From positions 1,116,001 through 1,180,000 of the forward strand of contig JANJGN010000140.1 in the NCBI GenBank assembly GCA_026770705.1: a DNA stretch of 64,000 bases. The letters run 5' to 3'. The stretch is from Isurus oxyrinchus. Taxonomy: Eukaryota. The position numbers and the translations under genes were made by a program. Position 1 is the stretch's first letter. Each line of letters begins with the position of its first letter. The notes under the pieces were generated by a model, which made no database searches, was not told where the DNA came from, and saw only the letters and a list, made by a program, of their open reading frames with translations. Below, in pieces: positions 1 to 11,140 of the stretch.

Positions 1-168
1 AATACTTTTAAAGACTCTGTGCAGATTTAGAGTGTCCGTCAACACGAATAAAGCGGAAGACTTTTATACCTTTTTGCAAACCTCTACCCATTATTTGACT
101 TAACTCTCATTTTCTTTGACGTTCCTGCTGTGATATTGATCACCAATTTGAACAAACTCTTTCTCTGA

Positions 169-248
169 GGTTTTTGTATGAGGATGTCGCTGTGCACAGC
201 ACTGTGACCCACTGTAGTATCACAGTGAAATACAGACGCACAAAAACT
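169..248 (-). other. IGHD: IgH D1 gene segment (coding 207-220, ATACTACAGTGGGT) with flanking 12-RSS (V side) and 22-RSS (J side)
   Basis: On the + strand: ggtttttgt(169-177), 22 nt, cactgtg(200-206), coding 207-220, cacagtg(221-227), 12 nt, acaaaaact(240-248). This matches the shark IgM cluster D1 organisation and the horn-shark-type D1 core TACTACAGTGGGT. Confidence 0.95.
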
Positions 249-616
249 GCACCTGCTCTGTTCAGTGCTGCTTCCCAATCTTCACTTCAAATAGTCGTTT
301 ACTTCTGATCCGGTTTAGAATTCATGCAGCAATTTACAAAACTCAATGAATAGAGACCCTCCTCCAAGTGTCAGGCAGGTTAAAATGAGTATTATATCCA
401 GGTCTGTAATTGCGGAAGCTGTTAACAGTAAATATAAACACAGCGAAAAGCTCAGCCAATTATATCGATTGGTTTGTTAGGTTTTCTGTTAAATTTGCTG
501 TTTTACTTTTGTCACAAGTGGCTTGTTGTCTGGTTCTGATCATTACAGTTAATAATACATTTAAAACAAGTACTGACCGTCAGATTACGATGGAAGTTGT
601 TGAGTCCCTCTCGATC

Positions 617-655
617 TGTTCTTGTTCGGGTCCAGCCCTGGTTCCTTTCGCTGTG
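617..655 (-). promoter_or_regulatory. 23-bp-spacer recombination signal sequence of the VH
   Basis: Minus strand reads CACAGCG (655-649), 23 nt, ACAAGAACA (625-617), directly after YYCASE. Confidence 0.93.
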
Positions 656-961
656 ACTCGCTTGCACAGTAATAGATGGCGGTGTCTTCAATCTTCAGGT
701 TCGTCATGTCCAAGGAGAAAATGCTCATTGAAGTGTCTTTGGACGCCGTAAATCGATTCTTAATTGCTGGGGCATAGCTGTTGTCCGATGAATCATCGTA
801 GTAAACCAGCCATTCCAGCCCTTGTCCGGGAACCTGTCGGACCCAGTTCATGCCGTAGCTGTCAAGATCGAAGCCGCTGGTTTTACAGGTCAGTCTCAGG
901 GTGCCTCCGGGACGCCCGGTCTCTGCCTCTGGCTGAGTCAACACAACATCCGACTGGACAC
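656..961 (-). CDS. IGHV: Immunoglobulin heavy-chain V exon, shark IgM type, open frame
   Basis: Acceptor ttttacag|GT, then (R)[52 protein letters not shown]...[32 protein letters not shown]. Cys23, Trp41 and Cys104 are intact and there are no stops. Confidence 0.97.
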
Positions 962-1088
962 CTGTAAAAATATATCAAAAACCCCGAAGATTAACCCTGG
1001 TGAAATGATTCCTGACTCTGTAACATTCTAGAGAGAGACTAACACAGACAGTAACAGTGAGAGACTTGGACAATAAAAAACTACTCAC

Positions 1089-1134
1089 GGGATAAGAAAG
1101 TCAGCAACAAACTGAGAGAAATCGCCGACCTCAT
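1089..1134 (-). CDS. IGHV: VH leader exon MRSAISLSLLLTFLS(R)
   Basis: ATG at 1134 (an in-frame upstream ATG is at 1146). The 46-nt exon ends at a phase-1 donor C|GTGAGT, which joins the V exon in frame. Confidence 0.93.
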
Positions 1135-1224
1135 CCTTCTGGTCATCTGGGGAAAATGGTTCTGTCCAGAACTCAGTGAACAAACCAGCTCCCGGACTGT
1201 TGAATTCCGGCCCCAGAGAGCGGC

Positions 1225-1252
1225 ATTTAAATACCCGGCAGAAGGGGGCGGG
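1225..1252 (-). promoter_or_regulatory. Putative VH promoter: TATA-like TATTTAAAT and GC box; no octamer seen
   Basis: atttaaata at 1225-1233 lies ~90 bp upstream of the ATG, and gggggcggg is at 1244-1252. Confidence 0.55.
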
Positions 1253-2997
1253 ATTCCAGGCGCCGCCTGTTGATTCCCCCTAGAGGCGGCGACTGGATCC
1301 ACGCCCCACCTTCCACATCCCCAACAGAATGGACTCAGATATTTACAATAGGTTATTGTTAAAAGTGGGCATTTTATCTGTATCGGGATATAGTTCATAA
1401 AAATGATTAATTCAAATGTAAATTAAGTCCATTTATTTCTGCACTACTTCACAGCGGGTTGAATCTAAAAAAATAAGTTATATTAACAGGGAATAAAGGG
1501 GCTGTCAGTCTGTTTTGCAGCAACTCCGGGTCTCTATCTCATTACAGCAATAAAGTATCATTAGTCATTGGAATTATTATTGATTTATGTAATTAAATGC
1601 GGGCGATGAACAAAGTGATATTATTTACAAAATGGGTGGCTATGGCCATACAGTTTGGGTCCAGAGATAAGAAGAAACTCATCACATTATACAATGTCCC
1701 TCCTTGCATTTCTCGAATTGCTCCTGACCCGAAGACAGCCCTGTGGAAATTAGCGGAAAAAGAAGACCACCGGCCTGATAATTAAACAGTAAGTTGACAG
1801 AGAAACGTAAAATTTACATCAACTTTTGACAGAGAAGTTAATGAATCAGAACGGACACGGAGATCAGTAAAGTTATCCTTCAGCATCCAAATCATTGCAG
1901 GTAATTCTATTGGCCACCGGTTGTCTACCATTCACTGGTATTGGGAACACAGGATATCAGGACTTTGGGGCATATTACACAATAGCACAAGAATAAATGT
2001 TTTATCTTCCACTGAAGCGGGTCATGAACTGGTCATTTCTCCACTCATTGGCAGCTATGAGAGGGACTGTTAAATAATCGAAATCAGCACAAATTAAACT
2101 GTACAGTACACGGCGCTAATCAGGAATAAGAGGCGCCTCAGGTTAAATGAGATGCACAACTCGGAGAATATTCAAGGAATTCCTGCGGGTTTAAGGCAAT
2201 TCAACAAATTTCATTCAATTTAATTTCTTTTGAAGTTTTGCCATTGCACTCATTTCATTGGACTGGGTCATTGGGACCATCAGTGTCGCTCTCTCGCACT
2301 TCATGAAGTTCTTAATAAACAGGCTTTAATAACTGGGATGCCCTTTACTTAGAAATAATATAAATTAACTGGTATATGGTCAATTTAATATTTTCTGATC
2401 GTGTTTAACCTCAGTGAACACGGCACTCATTAAAATATTTCGTTGGATGAAATGCCATTTAAAATGTGTATTCCATGTATGACTGAAAGCAATATTGTTT
2501 GAATTGCTGAATCCCATTTTGTTCATTCATATCCAGGCTAATCTGCCCCACAGAGTATTTGGCAGCAAGCCAGCCGGCTGCAGTCAGGGAGGCTCGAATG
2601 CCCAAAGTTATTTACAGGAAGCATCTGCAGGTTTGTGCAGTAAATGAAAGATCTGTTTCCTCAGTATTGACCGCTTGGCTGCAAGCCAACTTCAAACCCT
2701 TAACATTGTCAACAAGGCTTATTTATGACAAATCTACCGAGCAACAACACTGGAGTCAGTTTTATTTTTCTAAGCTGTGAACCTATGTGAACTGTTCCAA
2801 TCTCCCAGGAAAGAAAAGTTATCCAGCTTCTCTGACACCCTGTTAGCATCAATAGCTCTCCAACACATCATAATATTGTGATGGATGGATGGATGGATAG
2901 AAAGAATTACAGACAGACTAGCAGAGAGGACTCAGAGAGAGGATACATTTTGAAATAGAAAAAACATGTGTGTTTGTGTGATTTTTCTGCCTCTTTA

Positions 2998-3380
2998 CCC
3001 TTTCACGGGATGTGAGAGTCACTGGCAAGGCCAGCATTTGTTGCCTTTCCCTAACTGCTCTTGAGCTGAGTGTCTTGTGAGGCTATTTCAGGGGGCAGAA
3101 AGCGTCCACCATGTTGCTGTGGATCTGGAGTAGCATGTAGGCCAGATTAGGTACAGTGGCAGATTTCCTTTCCTAAAGGACATTAGTGAATCAGCTGACC
3201 TTTTTCCACAATAGATCATAGTTTCATGGTTCTCTTCAATGGGACCAGTTTTCAATCCCAGCTTTCTAATTTAATTTAAATTTCACCAGCTGCCATGGTG
3301 GGATTTGAATTCGTGTCCCCAGGTGAATAGCTTGGGTCTCTGGGTTACTAGCCCAGTGACATTAATACAACACCACCGTC
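2998..3380 (-). mobile_element. tRNA-derived SINE (shark type)
   Basis: Reverse-strand head with gtggtgttgtattaatgtcactgggctagtaaccca...ttcaaatcccaccatggcag (A/B-box-like) and the LINE-derived 3' tail shared with other copies in the window. Confidence 0.75.
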
Positions 3381-4200
3381 TGCCAAAGAAAAGAGGGATG
3401 ACTGCAGCGATGCAGGAATGAATATTTTGATCAAGGAATCAGTGAATGCATTGATCGATGCATAGATGCGCCTGAAAGATGTTCTCCATTTTCATCTTTG
3501 TGCTTGACCACATCATATCTTGAAACTGGTCCTGTATTTCATTTGTGTCAGTCTAATATCTTCACTCCTTCCAGATTTTCTGGATGAATTCCATCCCCTG
3601 GCTATCGGGAACTAACGAGCTGAACGTCACCAAGAGAAGGCTGGAAATGTCCCTGCGCTACTGTTGATTCTCCCCTGCTGATGGTGAATCATCATCTTTA
3701 AGACAGAAAGCGGGCACCTAATTCGGATTAGGGTGGAAGATTGTAATACTTGGAAACTGTGGAAACATTCAACATGTCCTCACCCAAATAAATGAAGGTT
3801 ACAGAGTAAACATTATTACTGTGGGACAGAAATAGTGTGAAACTCAATGGAGGGCCGCAAATATTTCATTACCTTCCAGACGAGGGAAATAACAAATCTG
3901 GATTTAAATATTTATCAACTAATATCAAGTCCAGATAGCTTTATTCATACCATCACTTTACAAATCTTCACACACTCCAGTTACATATCAGGAGTTTCTG
4001 TGTGATGATGAGGTGATTACTTGTCAATAAAGCGCAGATGCTGCTGGGTAGCTGCTCATTATCCTCACTCTGATTTAATTCCATTTCCCACTGAATTCTG
4101 GGACAGATGTGATTCCTTGCTGACAGAATGGTCAACGTGATCTCAATCAATGTTAATGATATTACATGAACCGCAATTACATTTTATATGAAATAAAATA

Positions 4201-4392
4201 CTGAAAATAATTGGTTAAAGCAATTATTTATCTTTGTGAATGGATGATAATTGATGAATATAATTATTTGCCTTTGTGAATGGATGGTAATTGGGGAATA
4301 TAATTATTTATCTGCATGAATGGATGCTAATTGGTGAATATAATTATTTATCTTTGTGAATTGATAATGATTGGTACATATAATTATGTATA
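4201..4392. repeat. 40-bp minisatellite, ~4.7 copies
   Basis: Unit taattatttatctttgtgaatggatgataattggtgaata recurs at 4221, 4261, 4301, 4341 and 4381. Confidence 0.9.
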
Positions 4393-4449
4393 TTTCTCAG
4401 GCTTCACGACCTTATCCTCCTCTGCTAACAGATAAGATCCGTTCTACAG

Positions 4450-5930
4450 GAGATGAGTAACAATAATCATGGCACTATCTGAAAACAAAGCTGACAGGTG
4501 AGACTGCAACAACTACAGGAATATCTCACGCATAGAGTCTCGGGGAAGGCCTTTGCTCGGCTCATACTTTAAAGACTTCGTCGACTTGAAGGCCGAAGCA
4601 CAGTGTGGTGTTGGTGTCAGAAAGTATACTCTGGACATGATCTGATCCATACGCTCGACACCGTCAGCAGAACAGGACTGTGCAAGATTTTGGGGAAAAT
4701 TGGCTGCCCACCAAAGCTCCTCAGTCCATTCACTCCTTGCATGACAACATGCATTGCACTGTACAGATTGATGATTCCACTTCCGAAAGCTTCGGAGTGA
4801 ATCAGGCCATGTCTCCTAGTCCCACTCTGTTTGACATCTTCTTCCCCATGCTTCTGATCTTTGCCTTCACTGTAGATATGGAAGGAGTCTACTGTTACAC
4901 TTGGTCAGACCGCAAGCCCCATAATCTAGAAGACAGATAACGAAGACAAAAACCACATTGAATCCTGATCAAAGAATTGCTCGAAGCTGATAACTTTGTC
5001 ATCAAACTGGAAACTCGTCCACAAAGACTGATGAACTGACTCTTCCATGCCTGTAACTTGTTCTCCCTGACTATAAACATGAAGGAAACCCTGGTCTTGG
5101 GACAAGGTGTTGCATTTCCGCCGTTGATCACACTAAATGACACCCGGATGGGAGTAAATTCTGCTCCCTGGTTTCCACAGTGACAGGCAGCTTGTTCCTT
5201 GCTTCAGAACGTGATACCCGCATGGGGAAAGCAGGTGCCAGCTTTGGCTGATTCATGAAACACCGCTGGAATAACATCAAACTGATCCTTAGGGCCAAAG
5301 TGATGGTTTATAAGGCTTGTGATCTCAGCACCTTGCTGTATGGTTGTGAAATATGGACGACTTACAGTTATCAAGAAAAGAAGCTCCACAATTTCCATGT
5401 TTGTTGCCTGATGCATATTATGGGTATGCACTGGCAGGATAAAGTCACGAATGCAGTGGTACACTCAAAGGCAGATCTCCTAAGACTAAAGAGCTCATGA
5501 AACAGAGGAGGTGCTGGTGGTTTGGGAACGTCTGCAGGATGGATCATGTTCACATGCACAAGGACTTTCTGTAAGGAGAGGTAGCCGGAGCCAGACAACC
5601 AGTGGGACGCCCAAAGCTCTGCTTCAAGGATACTTGAAGTGAAGGCCCTGAATATCGATTATCACAACTGACTAACTAACACACGACTGAGGAAAATGGC
5701 AACACCTCCTGTGGGTTGGTGTGAAACATCATGATGACCAGTGGCTACAGCAGTTTGGCAATAGAAGCCATCGCTGGAAAAAAACAAGCCACAACGACAT
5801 TTTGTACATTCATGTGCAGCACTTCCAGCAGAACCTGCCTCACAACAATTGGCCTCCTCAGCCATCAGCATATCTGAAATGGTTTGTTTCCATTGTGTGT
5901 CTGTGACCTTTCATGGATGGAAGTTTTTCC
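4450..5930 (+). mobile_element. Degenerate RTE-clade LINE (RT C-terminal part)
   Basis: Fragments GDCNNYRNIS, KIGCPPKLLS, PTLFDIFF, KVMVYKACDLSTLLYGCEIWTTY...LHNFH...WQDKVTN are typical of RTE/BovB-like RTs; many frameshifts. Confidence 0.85.
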
Positions 5931-6814
5931 AGGATCTTCATGAAATTCAGTTGCAAACAATATGATCTGCTTCTCCCTCTCCTCTCTCTTTACCTCACAC
6001 ACACACACACAGTCACACACACACTGAGACCAAAATGGCATCTTGTGCTTCAACTTAAGATCCCACCTTGACTTTTTGGGAGGCTCCGTATCTCTGAACT
6101 ATTGAAGAAAATGACCCTAACTGACTTTCAGGTGGTATCATGAACCAATAAGCTCTCCCCAGCATCATGTTTGTTGAGGTTGACATTAAAATTCCCGCCG
6201 TCTCTGTACAGCGCCCTGGTCAACATCCCTCCCTTTAATCAAGATGAAAAAAGTTACATTACCAGGAATTGGGCCGCTTTATTCTGGTGCTGACTTTAAC
6301 GTGCGCTAATCAACCACGTTCATCTGCAATTAGTTGAATTGTGTTAAATTTTGACACCTCCCGCAGAAGACGATGTGGTACTACATCTGGGGAAGTGGAT
6401 TCTTGATACAATAATGTCAAAGGTCTAACCTGACAGCGACATTTTCACAGGAGCTGCAATTGCAAAGTTTGGCCAGCAGATGGACTTGAAATCTTGAAGG
6501 AAACATTCCATAAAGCAGGCATTGTCTCAATTAACACTGCACTGGACCCTGTCTCTGTCTTGTTAATTTGGACTCCATCTATTTTTATGTTAGACCAAAC
6601 ACTGTCTCTCTTTATATTTCACTGTACGCCGTTTCAATTAATACTGCACCAGTCAATACCAATATTCATATCACATATTCTCGGAGATCCCACATCCAAC
6701 GGATTGGATTTTACCTCTGCAGTCCTGTCACATCCAGTCGTTAATGGTGGTGGGCAATTAAACAAATAACCCAAGAATGGGACCTCACAAAATTGTCGAT
6801 CTGGAGTTATATGT

Positions 6815-7370
6815 ATGGGAAGCTGTGGTGCAGTTGTATTCTCACTGGGCCAGTAATTTGCTTGGGGTCTGTGTTTGAATCCCACCATGGCAGATGCTGA
6901 AATTTGAATTCAAATATCTGACGATGACCATGAAACATTGTCGTAAAAACTCATCTGGTTCACACTAATGCCACCTGGTCTGGACTGCATGTGACTCCAG
7001 ACCCACAGCAATGTAGTTGACTCTTAAATAGCCTAACAAGCCACAGTGTTCTCAAGGGCAATTAGGGATGGGCAATAAATGCTGGCCTAGCCAGTGCCGC
7101 CCACATTCCCATGAGTGAAGAAAATAAATATGGTCTAGACTGGGTAAGGACGGCAGATTTTCTTCCCTAAAGGGTACCTGTGAACTAGATGGATGTTTAA
7201 TATAATCGATTATAGTTTCATGGTCTCCCTTATTAAGACGAGCTTTCAATTCCAGATTTATTAAATTGAATTTGCATTCCACATGCTGCCATAATGGGAT
7301 TCAAGCCCCTATCCCCAGGGAAAAGGCCTGGATCTCTGGGTTACTAATCCAGTGACGCTCCCACTGCACG
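6815..7370. mobile_element. Two SINEs in opposite orientation (+ 6815-7125, - 7130-7370)
   Basis: tRNA-like heads (gtggtgcagttgtattctcactgg...tttgaatcccaccatggcag) and the tail gggcaattagggatgggcaataaatgctggcc. Confidence 0.7.
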
Positions 7371-7669
7371 ATCGCCCCTTCCATGTTATACAGGATCCTG
7401 GTTCTTTTATTAATTTCCTGGGAATTACTTTATTTCTATTGTGCTGGATCAGGCCTTTGTTTGTATTAAAATAGACTCCATCTCGATAACGTTCCACTAG
7501 AAGATATCTCAGTTTGTAATGCACTGGACCCTGTTTCTATTTATATTACATTAAACCCTGTCTCTGTTTATATTAAACGAGGCCCTGTCTCTTTTCATAT
7601 TATTTTAGATCTTGACTATGACTATATTGTCCATACCTAATCATTTTAACTAGGGCGCTAGACTATGTC

Positions 7670-7800
7670 TCTGAAGAAGAATCACATGGATTCGGAACAT
7701 TAACTCTGTTTCCCTCTCCACAGATGTTTTCAGGCCTGCTGAGTTTGTCCACATTTTCTGTTTTTATTTAGATTTCCAGCATCCGCAGTGTTTTGCTTTA
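7670..7800 (+). mobile_element. Old Penelope-like terminal repeat remnant with degenerate hammerhead
   Basis: ctgaagaagaatcacatggattcggaacattaact...cctgctgagttt...ttccagcatccgcag. Confidence 0.65.
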
Positions 7801-8039
7801 ATCTATGCCTCTGTTTAAATTATGGCCGTGTTACTCCATGTTTTTGTGAGATGAAAGATAATATTATAAATATAGATGTTAGGCTAGAAATCGGTATATG
7901 GCAATAGCCTGAAACAGGCGGTAACGGATCGGCTGCATATGCTACGCAGCACTTGGTATTCATTTTCAGCGCAGTCAGCAGAATTAGATTTCAGATATCG
8001 CTTCTCTATTGCCAGTGCCCAAGACTCTTGAGTACTATG

Positions 8040-8900
8040 CACAGGAGGATTCAGGGCATTGCGTTCCCATGTGCTTGTTGCCCTTGTTATTCTGGGAGAT
8101 GGAGGTCACAGGCATGGAATTTGCTGTTGAAGAGGCCTTGGCGAGTTACTGCAGTGCATCTTGTGGATGGTACACACTGCAGCCACTGTGTAACGTTGGT
8201 GAAGGGAATGAATGTTTAACTCCTGGATCAGGTGCCTACCAAGGGGTTGATTTCCCCTGGTTGGCGTGGAGATTCTTGAGTGTTGCTGCAGTTACATTCG
8301 TCCAGGAAAGTAAACAACTTCCAACAGCCATCTGACTTGCAGATTTGCAGATGGTGGAAAGGCTTCGGGGAGCCCGGAGGTAAGTTATTCACCATGAGAT
8401 CACAGGTTGGGACTTAATGCAATTATTCTGCTGCTGATGGCCAACAGCATCTCATTGATGCCAAGTTTTGAGCTGCTAGATCTGTTCTGAATGTATCTCA
8501 TTTAGCATAGCGGCAGTGCAGCACAACACAATAGAGAATGTGTTCAGTGTGAATACCGGCCTTGGTTTAAACAAGGACAGTGCAGGGGTCAATCACGCCT
8601 ATATCAATAGTGTGATCGGCCCGAGATGGGATAGGGTTCTCTATCGTGTTGGCTCTATCACCATCTGTGGCAGGTCCAGTCTGGCAGATATGTCCTTCAG
8701 CACTCTGCAGCTCAGTCATTAGTGGTCTTGTCAAATGGTAATTGATTTTGCAAACTCACGGCACATTCATTGCCCTTGCTACCCTCAGTGTTTCTTTCAA
8801 GTAGTGCAAAAGATGAAGGAGTACAGATTCATCAGCTGAGGGAGGGTAATCACCAGGAGGTATCTCCATGCATATCGTATCTGGTTCTGTGGGACTTCAG
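8040..8900 (-). mobile_element. CR1/L2-group LINE fragments (same family as 31685-34120)
   Basis: Homologous by eye to the RT end and endonuclease parts of the 31.7-34.1 kb element. Confidence 0.7.
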
Positions 8901-8904
8901 GACA

Positions 8905-10115
8905 TCTGTTATCAATATTGCTGCACTCCACCTTGTCTCTGTTTATATTACACTGGGCCAGCCACATTATCACTGCTGTAGTCCATGTTTCTGTTACTGT
9001 AACACTGGACCCTGTCTCGGTTATTGCTGCACTCCACCGTGTCTCTGTTCATACTACACTAGGCCTGTCATATTGTTACTGCTCTAGTCCAAGCTTCTGT
9101 TTCTATAACACGAGATCCTGTCTCAGTTACTTATGTAATTGTCCTCTCTTTATATTACATTACTATATTCCCTTACTTTATTGCACTAGACCCGAGAAAT
9201 AGGAGTTAAATTTAAACAGCTGCAAGGTAAGAGAGATCTGCAGTTTATGAACACAAATCTGGGATGCAGGGAGGGCAAGTCACGACATCAAAATAAGCAC
9301 CCAAGATAATTGTTCCCAAAAGAATTTTTGCATCCTTACTGTTCCCACCATCTTGCTGTATTATCTTCACTGTTTCCACCCCAGCTAATTTCCACGTTAT
9401 TGCACTTGTTCAGTGCAAGACCAACTGAGGCAGGGCCTAATGTAATTTAAATACAGACATGATCTCGCACAGAATTTAGACAGCGTCTGCTGAAATACAG
9501 AGACAGTTCTAGATCAATATATAAAGAGACATGTCATGTATAATAAGAACAGAGACAGAGCCTTGTTTAATGGAAGCAAAGGCAGGGTCGAGAGTATTAT
9601 AAACAGAAACGGGGTCCAGTGTAATATAATTAGAGACAGGGTCTAGTGTCAGATAAACAGAAATAGGGTCTAGTGTATTACAAACAGAGACTGGGTCTAG
9701 TGTATTATAAACATACAGGGTCCAGTTTAATGTAAACAGGGACAGGGCATAGTTCAAATCAACAAAGACAGCATCGAGTGCAAAAATAGTACAGAGACAA
9801 GTCGAGTGTAATATAAACAGAGACGTGCCAAGTGTAATTCAAACAGACACAGGGTCTAATGTAATATAAACAGAAACAGGGTCTAGCACAGTGTGAACAA
9901 AGACATGTTGAGTGTAATATAAACTGGAACAGGGCCTAGTGCAATCTGAACTGAGGCACTGTCTAGTGCAAGATAAACAGAGACATGTCGAGTGTAATAT
10001 AAACAGGGACAGGGCCGAGTGTAATACAGAGACAGGTTCTAGTGTCATATAAACAGAGACAGGGTCCGGCCTGATTAATATAAACAGGGACAGGGCCACG
10101 GTCGAATGAAATATC
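8905..10115. repeat. Old degenerate 27-bp repeat arrays, + (8905-9190) then inverted (9430-10115)
   Basis: Units like cactagaccctgtctctgtttatatta on + and taatataaacagagacagggtctagtg on the reverse strand. Confidence 0.8.
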
Positions 10116-10119
10116 GAGA

Positions 10120-11140
10120 CCGGGTCTACTGTCCCATCAAGCACTCCCAGGATAGGTACAGCATGGGGCCAGACACAAAATTTAAAGTTCCCTCTACATT
10201 GCCATATTGAACACTCCCAGGGAAGGTACAGCACGTGTCAAAGTGAGTGAAACTCCCTTGAAACTCTCACCATGAAACACTCCCAGGGCAGGTACAGGAC
10301 GGTTTAGATACGGTAAGACATGGCCTAGTGTAATGCAGAGACAGGCCCATGGCTCCATCAAACAGCTGCAGGTGTAGCATGGGGCAAGATTAATGATGTA
10401 AAGCTCCCTCTATGTCGTCAGATGAAAAACCTCCAAGGCAGGTATAGCACGGGTTAGATTCAGAGTAAAACTCCCTCTACACTGTCGCCATCAAACATTC
10501 CCAGGACAGGTACAGCATAGTTTAGATACAGGGTAAAACTTCCTCTACATTGTCCGCTCAAACACAGTCAAGGTGTGTAGGGTAAGGGTACTAAACAGTG
10601 TAAAGTTTCCTCTGCACTGTTCCATCAGACATTTCCCAGGCAGCTCGACACTGGGGGCAGGTAAAGAGGAAAGCTGCCTATGCACCGTCACATCAGGCAT
10701 TCCCAGGGCTTAGATATGGGGCAAATTTCCGACTACACTGTCTCATCAAACACAGGCATGTCAAATACAGCATAGTTTAGATGCAGAGTAAAGCTCCCTC
10801 TAAACTGCCCTATCAATTACTCCCAGGTCAGGTATAGCACAGTTTAGATACAGAGTAAATCTCCCTCTACACAGTCATATCAAATACTCCTAGGACAGGT
10901 ACAGTGCAGGTACAGTGCAAAATTAAGTTCCCTCCTCACTGCCCCATCAGACGCTGCAAAGGCAGGGACAGCACGGGTTAGATACAAGGAAAGATCCTTT
11001 GGCACGGCCACATCAAATCCTCGCTACTGGCTACAACACAGGTTAGGCACAGAGTAAATTTTCATTTGCAGTTTCCCATCAAGCGCTCCCAGGTCATTGA
11101 AGACTCAAAACTGATTTAGAGTAAAGTTCCCTCCACGGAT
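10120..11140. repeat. ~67-68-bp satellite, roughly 14 copies
   Basis: Unit gagtaaagctccctctacactgtccccatcaaacactcccaggacaggtacagcacgggttagataca. Confidence 0.88.

Noticed and set aside
1700-1770. J-like AVFGSG on the minus strand after CACAGGG
   Set aside because: It lacks the T-x-L/V-x-V ending, a splice donor and a properly spaced nonamer.
3990-4110. Possible V 3' relic on the minus strand (FSGK...ASALY plus ACAGAAACT)
   Set aside because: No Cys, heptamer or upstream framework; this could be chance.
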